A stretch of 64,000 nt of DNA, from positions 51,708,001-51,772,000 of the forward strand of contig OX597826.1 of assembly GCA_951406725.2 (NCBI GenBank), in the 5' to 3' direction. The DNA is from Octopus vulgaris (taxonomy: Eukaryota). Under the pieces are notes generated by a model, which saw only the letters and a program-made list of their open reading frames with translations, was not told the DNA's origin and ran no database searches. Below are positions 14,046-28,255 of the stretch, one piece after another. The number at the start of each line of letters is the position of its first letter. The first letter of the stretch is position 1. Position numbers and translations under genes: made by a program.

Positions 14046-14262
14046 TGTTGTGTGGACGCGCCCAGACGAAGAAGTAAGCTTCTCCCTCTATAACTGGACG
14101 TCTGGGTGACGTGATGTACATGGTAAAAGGACCAAAATATGAACACAGAAGGCATTTAAACCAATAAAAAAAAGAGAGATACCAAAACCCAAGAGAGGCT
14201 AGCCCAATAGGTATATATAAAGGGAGAAGTCTCCTTCATCGTCTGGGGGCGTCCACACAACA
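14046..14262. mobile_element. 217-bp MITE-like element with ~42-bp TIRs (TGTTG...CAACA)
   Basis: tgttgtgtggacgcgcccagacgaagaag..cttctccct versus agggagaag..ccttcatcgtctgggggcgtccacacaaca. Flanks are gtaca and ataca (near 5-bp TSD). Confidence 0.7.
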
Positions 14263-14616
14263 ATACATACATGTATGTGTGTATGTGTCTCTCTAATACA
14301 TTCATTCATACATACATGCATGCATACATACATACGTACATACATACATACATACATAATACATACATAATACATACATACATATGCACGTACGTACGTA
14401 TGTATGCATGTATGCATGTATGTATAAATGTATGGGGAGTCTCAGTTTAGGCTACATGAATAAATTCTTGTAATATGCATGTACATATGTAGGTATACAT
14501 GTATGTATGCATGTACGCATGTATATATGCATACTTGTATGTATGCATGTGAGCATGATGGTATGTATCTAGATATGTAAGAATGCATGTATGCAATCAT
14601 ATATGGGCTTGGTTCC

Positions 14617-14675
<59 letters not shown>

Positions 14676-15331
14676 CATGCATATTCGATTGGAAGATATG
14701 AACACACATTTACACCCCCCACTCTCTCTCTCTGTCTCTCTTTTCTCTAATTTCCCCCTCTCTGTCCTAATCTCACCATAATGGACATCCGTGCACGCAC
14801 ATACAGAAACGCGCGCGCATTTATGAGTTTACTAACGTATGCGAGTGAAATATTCCTACTATACGACAAAACAGGAATGTCATTAATTCCGAACTGCAAT
14901 TTTAGAACGCTACATTGAAATCTGTTGCAGAGTCGATATACATGATATCGCAGTGCGTGGCACGTGCAATTAGAGGTAATTGAATCTAATTTTATGCAAT
15001 ATCATAACAGTTATTTTTTTGTAAATCACTGAAATTAAATTCACACGCCAACGCGATAATGTCCAACGAGTTTCAATAATGAGTAAGCAATAACCAGGAA
15101 TAAATAAGTGCCAAGAATAAATAACAGTGAAAAGATAGCAGGAAGACGGGGGGGGGGTGAAAATTAGTGCCGTAGGATTTATCACACCATCGACAATGAC
15201 AAGTGGTTAGCATTATTATCCAAATATATAATGCTTAATAATGGGTTTGGCTTTATACGTACATGCATACACACACACGCATACATATATATATATACAT
15301 ACATTAATATATGTATATATATATATACATT

Positions 15332-15364
<33 letters not shown>

Positions 15365-15378
15365 TATATATACACATA

Positions 15379-15450
<72 letters not shown>

Positions 15451-15599
15451 GGTGGCCCTTAACAATAGGTAATTTTCCAAAAGTTTAAATTTAACGGTAA
15501 TCTTGTTACAATCAACAAAAAAAGGTGGTGTGTAAAATTTCTGCTCAGTCGGACACACGCACACACTCACACACACACACATACACACACACACACGCG

Positions 15600-15633
<34 letters not shown>

Positions 15634-15661
15634 CACACACACACAAAGACACACACACACA

Positions 15662-15820
15662 GAAACGGTCTGTTTCCAGTTTCCGTCTACCAAATGCACT
15701 CACAAGGCTTTTGTCAGCTCAAGGTCATAGTTGCAGATTTCTGCCCAAGGTGCCACCTCTAGTGGGACTCAACACGGAACCATCATGTCCTAGGGAAGCA
15801 GATTTCTTACCACACGGCCA
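15662..15820 (-). mobile_element. tRNA/CORE-type SINE head fragment
   Basis: ttccgtctaccaaatgcactcacaagg...cccaaggtgccac...ttaccacacggcc. Confidence 0.75.
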
Positions 15821-16744
15821 CGTCTGCGCCCATGTTGTTGACGTCGTAATAGACTAGTTCGAAGGAACATGATATATTCCTTTTATAACGGTTTAACTAC
15901 AATCAGATAAAGCTATAAACAATAGCTAACAAGGTAATTGAACTCATGACACCAACAACATTTTTCCTGGTAAGAATAAATTTCCGAACTGGATAAAGAA
16001 ATTCGATGGATTGCTTTAATCCAGTGGTAGACGCCTTTCACTCTTATAGATATGGTTTCGCGTCTCACAGGCACCCATCGAATATTTTTGCTCAAAGGCT
16101 TTTTAAAGACCAATATTTATACACTATTCTTCATAACTTTATCTGTTTCGACTTAAACCGTTCCAAAAGAGATTTATATATATTTAAATATGTAAGCATC
16201 GTTGCATGATTGAAGAGTTCATTACTCAAAGCTTTGGCCGTTTGTCTCCTAAAATAGACTTAGATCGACGAACATCTTGCATAGAAATCCCAAAATAAAA
16301 TATGTGTTCGTAGGTCGTGTGACATTTAATCTGTTGCATCACTTTTACCATAGCACTTAGTCCTTTGAAGAACTTTAGTAAAGTCAACAATTACAAAACC
16401 CCGTACCACATCAGTGAGTATCATTTTTCCTTCATCTGATCATTCTCAGAAGATCAAGAATGCTTTATGAATGTCTTTCCTCTTTGTACTATGCAAAAAA
16501 TGTTATTAATCGCATTTCAACTTACTTGTTGAGGGCAGAGAAGTACACGACGTTGTTATTATTTAACAAAGAGATTTATAGTAACTGTAAATTTACATAC
16601 ATACATACACACATGCATACAGACATATATACATACATGTGTGTGTGTGTGTGTGTGTGTATGTGTCTTCCTTTCTCTTTCATTAAATCTCCCTCCGTCT
16701 GTCTCTTTGTCTTCTATATATAAGCGTGTGCGCATGTCTATATA

Positions 16745-16797
<53 letters not shown>

Positions 16798-17259
16798 CAA
16801 TCTATTTCTCGTTTTGTTTCTGCAGATCAATTGTTGTTACAATATCGTGATAGTTAAAGAAATAAAATCAAGTGACATCTGTCGCAGAGGCTTTTGAAAT
16901 CACATTCTGATAATAATAATAAAAGAAATATGTTTTTCCTTTACAACATTTAATTAGACTTCAACAAAGACCTGCCGTTGGGTAAATGCTGAGCAATTAT
17001 AGAAAGAAATGCATCAAAACGTAATCCAATGCTGCAGACTTTGTTGATGCCATATTCCTATTAATAGAGTTTTCCATAAGTCAAGACTGCAGGTTAAATA
17101 ACCTCTCATATAAATTTAATATTAAGTATTCTGTTATTCCCTGAATGATAGAATACTTCATTAAAATTGGAACGTAGAAGAATAAGGGCTCTAACAAAAT
17201 CCTAATAATCGTTTAACCACGCTCTATAAAGTATTCATTATTATTATTGTTGCTAGTTA

Positions 17260-17595
17260 AGGTGACGAGCAGGCAGACTCGCTAGCACGCCAGGAATAAT
17301 ACTTAGCAGGGCTTCAACTGTCTTCGTGTTTTGAGTTCAATACCCTTTTGGTATCGATGAAATAAGTACCTGTTTAGGACTGAGGCCGATGAAATTGATG
17401 AGCACCCTCCTCCAAAATTGTTGGCGTCATGCTATATTAGCTCCAAATTTTTGGCACAAGGCCAGCAACTTCGATGGGGATGTAAGTCAATTATATCGAT
17501 CCTAGTGTTCAATTGGTACTTATTTTATGGACCCCGAAATAATGAAAGTCAAGGTCGAGCTCGACGGAATTTGAATTCAGAACGTAAAGACGGCA
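17260..17595. mobile_element. Two degraded Meta-domain-like SINE pieces, tail to tail
   Basis: A plus copy at 17260-17430 (ggtatcgatgaaataagtacc) and a minus copy at 17445-17595 (aattggtactttatt...cggaatttgaattcagaacgtaaag). Confidence 0.6.
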
Positions 17596-19441
17596 TGCAA
17601 CTTAAAGTTTATCAGGCTTATAGAAACCTAGCTCGTGTAGCTGAGGTAGATGCCTGGGCCGGAATCAAACTGTTTTAAATAATAATAACACATACATATA
17701 TATACATACATATATACATACATACACACATACACACATACACACATACATATATACATATATACATATATACATACAGAGAGAGAGAGAGAGAGAAAGA
17801 AAGGAAGAAAGAAAGTAAGAAAGAAAGAGGAAGAGAGAGAGGGAAAGAGAGAGATAGAGAGTGATAGATAGTATTACATTTGTATTTGTATATGTCTACT
17901 TCTACAATGCTGAGATCACAATATTTACTCAAAACTGATAGTGCGTGAAATTTGCGTCAGCAGAGGTTTAATCACAATCTATTGAGGAGGGCAAACAATT
18001 AAATTGTTCATTAGTTAATTAATCTAAAATCAACAGTCCGTTCAGATTCATAAAATATATACACCAAGTTCAAAACTTTTAACTGAATACGAAATAATAT
18101 GCCAGCAAGGCTTTATAATTTGTTCCTGTATTCGGTTGAAAAATAATCCATTTAGGCGAGTATATAACGAAAAGCATTTTATTAAAACTAGGCATTTGGG
18201 AGGATGTATCTCGTGATTATATTGAAAATACAATGTCCATTCAGTTTAATGTTTAATCTAATCCGCTGATATTTCACAGTGTTAAATTGACGACTTAACA
18301 TGACGAATATCTCTTTGCGAGAATTCTAACAGAATATTGACACGGTGAAATTGAATTCTTATTTGAAGAAGAACTGAATTCAGCATTTATTCTCGGAAGT
18401 TCTCGAGAAATCGAGTTCTTCAAGAAATTAAATTCTAAAGAACTCGATCTCTGATTCTGAAAATAAAATTATTCTTCCTTTCTTTTGGCATGAACGAGTG
18501 ATGTGATATATATTAATTCAATATATCTTGATATCAACGTTTTACTTAGCAGTACATTTTCGGTGGAAATCTTATCAGGATTACTATGGCAACTTTTATT
18601 TTAAGATCTTACACATGTTCGCTGATGTCGTGAAGAATCATATTACTTCATAAATATATCAGGGTTAGATTTAAACGGAGAAAACGAACTCAGTAGTCGG
18701 TGAAAAAAAAAAGCATAAAGGATAAAAGATGTGGAAGAAATCAAGGAGAATACGAATATTAAGTAGGCGAGGAAAAAAATAATGCTGAAGAAGAAGATTG
18801 ATGATGACGACAATAACAACAGCAACAACAACGACAACAACAACAGCAACAACAACAACAATAATAATGAGATGAAGAAGATATTCGAAATACTGATGCT
18901 TATGAGAATTGTGACTATGATAATAAAAGCTGCTGGAAATATAAGATTGACGACATATTTTAATCTGGTTAGGATTGAAAGTGATATAGTTCCTCTGAAT
19001 ATATTTACTTTCATAGGATTATACACATGTGTGTGTGTGTGAGAGAGAGAGAGATAGTGTGTGCGTGTGCGTGTGTGTGTATGAATGTGTGTGCGTATAG
19101 CTTATAGAAGTCTAAAATGCGCGTACAAATAATATTATCAAAGGCAATAATACTTTTAAAAAAAGAAAACAAATCTCCGAGCGTATAAGAAACAGGCACT
19201 TAAGTTGAAATCAAAAGTGTGATATCATGCTTTGATTTGATCCAAGTGTGTTAATTTCGTTTATACTAGGAGCTAAGAATGTGAATACGGTGGAAATGAA
19301 ATAAAAAAAAAAGGAAAAACAAGACAAAACTAAAAAAAACGATGTATCATGTGTTCTTGCACTAGAATGTCGCGATCGTACACACACACACACACACACA
19401 CATACACAGATAATATATTTACACATGCATACATACATACA

Positions 19442-19472
<31 letters not shown>

Positions 19473-20921
19473 GTATACATGCATATGCATACATACATAT
19501 GTATGTATATACATACATACATACCGCAATGCGAAGCGACAAGTCGCGTTTGCCGTGGGAGATTATTAATTGAAAATACGATGAATACTATCTCCAGCTT
19601 TAAAGCCACAACTATCAGCCTTGTTAAATAACTGGTTAATCATTAGATGAATTAACTGAAGGATCCTTTTATACAAGATCGTAGTGATTTTCAACTGAAA
19701 CTTGAATTTACCATGCAGAGAGTTACCAGAAACAACGTGGCTGGATACTACATCAGCAACACAGTCGCAGAACAGAATGAAAACAACAGCTCAACAGTTA
19801 AACAGATTCTTTCTAGCTGAAGAAATGCGATAGAATAAATTACTCTAAAGACACTCAAGGGCGATGGATTATGTATATCATCCAAAACTTGTTATACCAT
19901 TCCGCCTAACAAATTTCACTCAATCCTGAATTTGACCTTGCCTTTGGTTAAAATACCCGAATTATCACACTTTAGGAGTGAATACATAACCATCTGAATG
20001 ATTTGACCATGCTGCACTATTGACCACAATGAACTAGTAGGTGCATTTAAATATGGGAATACGATACATGCCCTCGTTAAAATAACTTTAATTTCCTCAT
20101 TAAAATTATTCTATAAAGGAATGATATAATTCAGGTAGATGCATAATTATTCAGCAAAAGAAATAACAAGTATACCGCAAATATAGGTCAGATGTATATA
20201 AAATCTTCCCCGAGGGGAATTTAACACGTGTTTGACTCCTCCACTAACTCATCTCTGGTGTGATCTGAATTCAGAGCGTAATATAAGCAAATGTTAATAC
20301 TGGAAGTTAATAATTATGACACAATATTTCGGCCGGCGTGCTAGCGTTTTTGCCAGTTCATCGCTTTATCATATCCTTCTTATTGGTTCTAAGAGACATT
20401 GGAAATATGTATTTAAAAAGAGAAAGTCTAATATGTGTTCATCGTTAAGCTCTATTTCTATTTTACATCTCAGCTCTAAATAATATAAATACATAATTAT
20501 GCTTCGTGCACTAAATTATTTTCATGTTTACTTATAAGATTTCATTTTGGTAAATACACGGAATCAATGAATTGAATGATTTACTGATTCCGTGTGGAAT
20601 ATAGCAATGACAGTAGATCAGATAATTGTAATTTATATGCAAATGATAGGCACTTTAGTTCAAATATATTAGCTCACCAAATGAAATATTGCTAATCATC
20701 AATGCTAATTACTAATTTATGCAAATATGACCATTAATGTGTGGATATATACCTACATATATGTGAATATATATAAGCATCTGTATAATATGTATATTTT
20801 GTGTGTATCTCTCTCTCTCTCTCTTTCTATATATCTATATACACACACACATATATATATGTGTGTATATACATACATACAAGCATACATACATACATAC
20901 ATACATACATACATACATACA

Positions 20922-20981
<60 letters not shown>

Positions 20982-21299
20982 CGTATGCATGTATGCAAAT
21001 ATGTGCGTATGTGTGTTTGAATTATTGGAGACAAAGTAAAATAGGCTTAAGTCTATGGTGGTAGAGATTAGTACAATTTTGCAATCTAAAACTGACACTT
21101 GTTGCATGTATATTGTATGTTTGTGAATTATTTTACTAATTCGCATTGACTGCACTTTTACGTTTGACTCACAAACACACACACACACAGACACACATAC
21201 ACACACACAAACACACACACGTATGTATAATGAGGCATTTATCGGTGAGTCTTGTGTACGAGTTAGTGATCTAGAAATCTTCTTCCTTTTGACTGAGCC

Positions 21300-22250
21300 C
21301 ATTTATTTAGACTTCTGGCCGAAACTTATCTAAGCCTGAAAGTAAGTATGTAAGTATCCCTACAATATTACTGGTGTTTAATATATGTTAGTATTGTATT
21401 ACTAATTCTTTTGTGATTACAGGGAGACTCGAAATTTGGGCAAAATTTGAACTTGATGCGCGTGATAAGGATATTGCGATATTCAAAATTATATTATAAA
21501 GCTTGGCCTTCGTATTGTGTTGTTTTCTTTTTTGTGTGTCTAAACAAGGGAGGTGTTGTTGCTAAGCCTCGGCTCTTGAAATTATTCTGATTGAGGGTTT
21601 TGTGTCTTCTGTGTTTCAAACCATATCTGGGTTGATCGATAGCTCTCTTTTGTACGAATTTTTCTAAGAGCGAGAGAGTTTTGTATCTTCAGTTGACTTT
21701 ATATATTTTACACTACTTCAACGATTGATTATTCGGATAACTGTGCTTGCAATGGTTTTGATGGAACTGGGGTCTTTAGATCGTTGACAGGATATGTTGG
21801 ATAAACTTTGGTGTTTACTACATATAAGGATTATTGATGCAACTGTACCCAACTTGCATAGTTTTATCATTTAAATAGTTTGGAAAATTTATGCACCTTG
21901 AGAAAGGACTTCCAGGCTAGATTTATGATGTTCTTGGGAATATTGAATTTCCCATTGTTATAAGGAAGTGTGAATAGGATTACATTACAACTAAAGTTTT
22001 GGTTTCGTTAAATTGTACGTTCCCCGTTTGTAGTTAAACATAATTTTGTCTCTGAATTCAATATTCCCCAATCTTTCTTGCAGGCTTCTTTAGCACTCTT
22101 TAATGTTCCTTCTCTAGAAATGTTGGCAGCACTTCTAATTATGTGGGTCACAAGATAATGGTATCTATATAATCATGCAGATGTCCTGATTGGCTTGAGT
22201 TTTGTCTATATAAAAGTACTTTATAGTTATCTTAAATGTGAATTCATGTT
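21300..22250 (-). mobile_element. Penelope-like element RT-thumb/GIY-YIG remnant (pseudogenised)
   Basis: Minus-strand pieces SCNVILFTLPYNN...KSFLKVHKFSKLFK..MQVGYSCINN and RLSNNTSLFRHTKK match recalled PLE motifs (IIWFNPPYS...HKIFNRNT.KISYSC; RL.NH..SFRH). Confidence 0.65.
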
Positions 22251-22942
22251 TTGAGGTATAAAGAGATGACTAGCAGCTAACTAGCATAACATCTTTAGGC
22301 ATAATAACATTAATCTCTAGGCCTTTAAAATGATAATATAGTCTTGATTTTATCTAAGGTGCTATAAATATTTAGGCTGTTATATCTATCACTCCTATAT
22401 CCAGTGTATAAAATTCGTATCTATGCTGATTAAGGATTAAAAATACAGTCACCACGCAATCTTTCATTCTGGCAAACTCTGCCCATAATGACATAAAATA
22501 TATCATCAGTATTTTTAACCGATGCAATATTTTTGTTGAAATGCAGTCACTTCCGATCAACGACAGTTATGTACATGTAATTATGTAGATTATATCTATA
22601 TCGTTATCTCAGTATTGTGTTGTCCCCTTCAAAACCCAAGCCGTTGATGGAAATTAACGGAAAAACATTCAAACATATTTAGCTGAAAGATATTTGCACC
22701 TATTTTCATTTCTAATATTAGTAACGAAGTTGAACAACTGTAAATGATAAAACTAGATATAAATTTACTCGGCTCGATACTGTTAAAAAGAAAAGAAGAA
22801 AAAATTCATTGAGCTATATTTCTCATACGATTTCCATTTTCTGTTATTTCCAATTATGTCTGAGAGTTCACGTGTATCTACTATATACCTATGTCTATGG
22901 ACGTATCTATATGCTCGTGTTTACGTATCAAGGTATATCTCT

Positions 22943-23150
22943 TACACTTACTTGTTTCAGTCATTTGACTGCGGCCATACTGGAGCACCGCCTTTAGTCG
23001 AGCAAATCGACCCCAGGACTTATTCTTTGTAAGCCCAGTACTTATTCTATCGGTTTCTTTTCCGAACCGCTAAGTGACGGCGACGTAAACACATTAGCAT
23101 CGGTTGTCAAGCGATGCTAGGGGGACAAACACAGACACACAAACATACAC
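22943..23150 (-). mobile_element. tRNA/CORE-type SINE 3' half
   Basis: cttgtttcagtcatttgactgcggccatactggagcaccgcc...gggacaaacacagacacac. Confidence 0.85.
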
Positions 23151-23166
23151 ACATATATATATATAT

Positions 23167-23267
<101 letters not shown>

Positions 23268-23447
23268 CAAACACACGCACACACAGACATCTCAAAAGTA
23301 AATAGAGAATCCTCCTCATTTCAAGCGCACACACACATTTATCAATCCTTAGGGCTTCTGGTTTGTAAGATTCTTGTGAATTCGTGTGCTGAAACAAATA
23401 TTGTTGGCGTAAAGATACTTCCAGGTCACGACCAATATATGTGATGT

Positions 23448-23492
<45 letters not shown>

Positions 23493-24659
23493 TGCGTGTG
23501 TGCGTGTGTATATGAGTGTGTGTGTATTTGTGTGTATGTGTGTGTATGCGCATGTGCGTGTGTATACCCTTGAAGAATGGCAACGGTGTCCTACACTCTT
23601 ACTGAAAAGAAAAGCAAACTATCAGCAATCTGAAGTAATCTGAACTACGGCGACAAATTTAGACCTAGAGACGCGTCATTTTATTTGCCTGCCTCATAGA
23701 AAGTGTGGCCGAAGCTAGTGATATGACTCCATTGAAAGCAACATAAAAGTAGCTGCCTGCTACTGCTTCAGTTTTCTTTTGTATCAAATACAAACACTCA
23801 TGCAATAATACACAAATTTACATATATACTTAAGAGTCATTCGTGCATTCTTTAAATGCAGTTATCATTGACATTTACTCTCGAGTATTACAATTTGTAG
23901 TTAGACATTTACATTTATCTGTGCAAGTAAAATATGTCAAAAACGAACTGATAAAATTGCTGAGATGTTCGTAAGAAGGATATCAAAATTTGATCGCAGC
24001 TTCTGAACTACAAAAGTGAAATGGCACAATTAAAATATGATATTGATTTCGGATTACTGTAAACGTAACAAACGGGTGTGAAATTGGCTTAGTATTCGTA
24101 AATATATGAAAAGAGCAATTAGATGGAAAGTCAATTAAAAAAATACATGCCATATTGTCAATATTAATAGATGATAGATAACAGCTCCGCCGGGCTAAGC
24201 AATATTAATCACATGATAAAAACAAAGAATGCTTTGAATTACAGATTTAAGTTAGGATTCACTGTGACGGAATGAATATGCCTTATTTGAAATGAATTAT
24301 TTGCAGTAGCTGAAACAGAATGGCTGATTTATCGCTTTTATCCTATCAAGAGCTCGCCACTCTTCAGTTAAATTTCCTGCTGGCGTTGCCTTGCTGTCTG
24401 TTGAAATTCATATCTGAAAGGCACTTTCTTATCCATTAACATTTAAGATACCACTTCTTAATCAGGATTGGGTAATGCATTAGAAAAGTGTACAACGTCA
24501 TGTGGAAAACAGTAGCAAAGCTCAATGTAAATTACATGCATACATGGTAAAAGAGAGAAACAAAAAAAATCGCAGTGATTAAGAACGCGAAGTCAGCCAT
24601 TGAAATAGAATTGATAAAACCTGAATATGAATTTCAATAATTATTATAGGAAGTCAGCA

Positions 24660-24660
24660 A

Positions 24661-24700
<40 letters not shown>

Positions 24701-24731
24701 GCTACTACTACTACTACTGCTACGCTACTAC

Positions 24732-24766
<35 letters not shown>

Positions 24767-24793
24767 ATGCTGCTGCTGCTGCTGTTACTACTG

Positions 24794-24856
<63 letters not shown>

Positions 24857-24880
24857 ATAATAATAATAATAATAATAACA
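24660..24880. repeat. (CTA)n/(CTG)n/(TAA)n compound microsatellite
   Basis: Directly visible. Confidence 0.95.
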
Positions 24881-26011
24881 ATTTAGCTCAAGAAGTCTCT
24901 CCCAGTAACGACAGGCACCACAAACTATGTACAAAACAAATCCCTAATAATTTTACAGCTGTACCATTAACTTCGCATTGCAGCTAGAAAAAACCGCCAG
25001 GAACAAGCCATTGGGTAATAACTCCAATCCTTTTCCTTTATGTAACTGCTTTAATCCCATAACGTTTTCGCTGTCCGTCTTTGCCTCATAAATCGGCAGC
25101 GTATTGCACAGATGACTGGAGCTACAATAAAATGATACCGAAAACCTACCTCGGTCTAACAATAGTAACTTTCAAATATAAATTCTACTGTCATACAAAT
25201 TCCTTCAGATGCATCAAGAGAATAACAATCATCGGTTTGTCCCCCATCTAAGTGGTCATTAAATATACGTGATCTCATAGAAAATGTTCGACAACGTGAA
25301 TACGTAAGCGTAGGGGGAAACTGCAACCGTTGAACCACAGTGACAGGGTTATATTCCAAAACAAACCACCAAATCTGTGTCTTTCTGCACAGCTTGAAAT
25401 TTTCCAAAAGTCTGATATCAATATCAGTAGCCTGTGCGCAGTTGTAAATGTATACATGAGTACCATAATTTGCATATATATATATATATATATATATATA
25501 CACGCATACATATGATTCTTTTGCAGACATGCATATATATATACACACACGCATACATATGATTCTTTTGCAGACATGCATATATATAAACGTATTAATG
25601 TGGCTATACATAAGTATATATGTGCAGTAATGTGCTTTTCTGGTTATAGATTTTTTTCGAAATACTTTTCATTGGTTATCATATTTTTATATTTTTACGA
25701 TATGTTTTTGAAACTGCCTAGTTATTATAGAATTATTGTGTTTATTTTATATTTATATACTGGTATATCTTGTGTATTCGTGAATAAAAATGTTCAAAAT
25801 TCATGCAGTATATATTTGTATACTTTTTACAAAAGCATATAGTTGTGATGTATAATATATCTGTAAACATATGCGCAGTGGTATATACACACACGTAAAC
25901 ATGCATATGCATGCTGGTTTGGGACATGTATCTATGCATTTGTATATATTAGTGCATTCTTACACATACACACACACACATACATATGTTAGTGTGTATG
26001 TATCTATCTAT

Positions 26012-26043
<32 letters not shown>

Positions 26044-26059
26044 AATACATACATACATA

Positions 26060-26096
<37 letters not shown>

Positions 26097-26829
26097 TGCA
26101 TAACATAAGTATGTGTTTATTCATTTGTATATTTGATGGTATGTGCTAGTCTGTACCAGTTTTGTTAAACATTTGCATCTTGATGCCTCTCTTCCTAACA
26201 TCCCTACCTCCTTTCTACTTTTATTTTATTAAAGTTCACATTACCTATTCCATTAGTCCTGATAGTGTAGAAATAGAAAGCAATAACTTTTTTCCTTAGC
26301 TTCTCTCATACTTTATTTTATTTCTTCTCTAGACGATTTTTACTATTTGATTATTTTCATTTACTTTACAACCATACAGTAAATTTTCGATAATGGCATC
26401 TAGCAAGCAACCAGTGTCCTAAAACAATAGATACTCATAATAGATTCTTCCTAGACCTACATGAAGCTCAATGATCTCTAAAAATCAATTGAATCATTTA
26501 TAATAATTCACTTAACAATTGCATTTAGGCGGTACATTCAGGAAAACCGATTCCCTACACTCGTTCTCTCCCCCCCCACACATATATATCCACATACATA
26601 CACATAAGCATGTACATATACACATATACGCACATACAGAACGGTTTAGTTTCAATCTACGCAAAGACTCTCGTTAGAGTTAAAAAATCTATCAGCTAAG
26701 CAAAACGAAGTTTAGTTATACAGAAAACACGTGTTTTTTCCATATTTCATGCGTTTGTGTATTCATATATATATATATATATATATTATCTATATATCTA
26801 TCTATATACATACATCATACATACATACA

Positions 26830-26911
<82 letters not shown>

Positions 26912-28047
26912 TATATAGAAATATATATTATCTATAGAAATGTATTTTTATCAAAATTTTCCTTAAATATTTTGATGTCTACAATAACGCTTCTATGCTT
27001 TATAGATTTTTCTACTTTTATTTCTATGGAGTCCATCAAGTTTTCCATCAAGGTGTTTTCAGTGGGACCTAAATGGTTCCCACTGCTGTGTGTACAAATA
27101 TGATTCAAAGAACGTGAAATCGATATACGCTCAAAAGATGTGGCTGATTACAAAAGTAGAATCGTATTTATCTAGATATGCACTTTTTGTTCAGTGGCTT
27201 TCTCTCGTGTACATCATGCAGTTTATTTTATTAATATTGAAGCTGTTTGATTTATTGTGTAAATCGAACACGGAATTATTCCCTTTACTATATCAACTTC
27301 GGCAATTCATTGTAGCTATATCTGTAATCATCTCACAAATCTCTGCTCTATGGGTAAACGAAAAACCCTCGACAGTGTCGTTCGACCTGCTTTCAAATAC
27401 CAACAAAATCTTCCTGTAATTATACTTATCCGTTTGTAAAAAGGAGCCACACTGGATGATATTATCTGAGATATATAATAATTAATGGACGCTGTTGGCC
27501 AGAATGTCTTTGATTCTAAGCGAGCTCAAATAGTGCTGAACTTTGTACTAAATGACAACGGTGTTGAAATTTCTGAGAAATTTGATTTTTATCTATTCAG
27601 ATGAAGTGAAATTTTTGAAATTAAATGGTGATTCAGTTTTAGCTCCTCTTTATCTTATTGTTTTACAAGAGTAGAATCATGTCATGTAATACCTATACAG
27701 ACCTTCTACGTAACCTGTCATTGTCGAAAACAGCGTGTTCTACTTCAGCTATGAACTTGGTGTCAAAATAATTGCGGTATCTAAGCATTAACATATATAT
27801 CAGCTCAGGTCAAGTATTTCTTTATATCGACGAAGCATTATCAATTAGAAATAAGTAAATATATCTTTTTTCCTTTTTCTAGCTTGCAATTCAAAGATTT
27901 TAGAAATGGTGAACTTATCGAAGGTTTTTTTTTATGGTAGAAAGTTGGTAGAATTTTGACAAAAAAAAAGGAATAAGCTGAGTGAAATAGAGCTTCATTT
28001 AATTTCGGAAAAATTATTTGTGAGACATGTTGGCTATTATTGATTTA

Positions 28048-28255
28048 AAATTTTGGCTTCAAGCAGAAATTACGGAGCAGCAGTGGGCAAGTCGATTACG
28101 TCGACTCCAATGTGCAACTGGTACTTATCTTATCGATCCCGAACGGATAACATCAAAAGTCGACTCGGCGGAATTTAAACTCGGAACGTAAGACGGACCA
28201 AATGCCAATAAGCGTTTCGCTTGGCATACTAACGAAACTCCCAGTTCGCGCCTTC
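28048..28255 (-). mobile_element. Meta-domain-like SINE
   Basis: ctggtacttatcttatcgatcccgaacggat...gtcgactcggcggaatttaaactcggaacgtaag. Confidence 0.7.

Noticed and set aside
22455-22515. CUGAUGA...GAAA on the minus strand
   Set aside because: No convincing stem I, II or III pairing; likely a chance motif.
25209-25303. Possible plus-strand exon (ttccttcag...gtaagc)
   Set aside because: Stop codons in all three frames and no other supporting exons. A non-coding exon cannot be excluded.
25501-25586. Short duplication of cacgcatacatatgattcttttgcagacatgcata
   Set aside because: Ordinary slippage duplication in microsatellite context.
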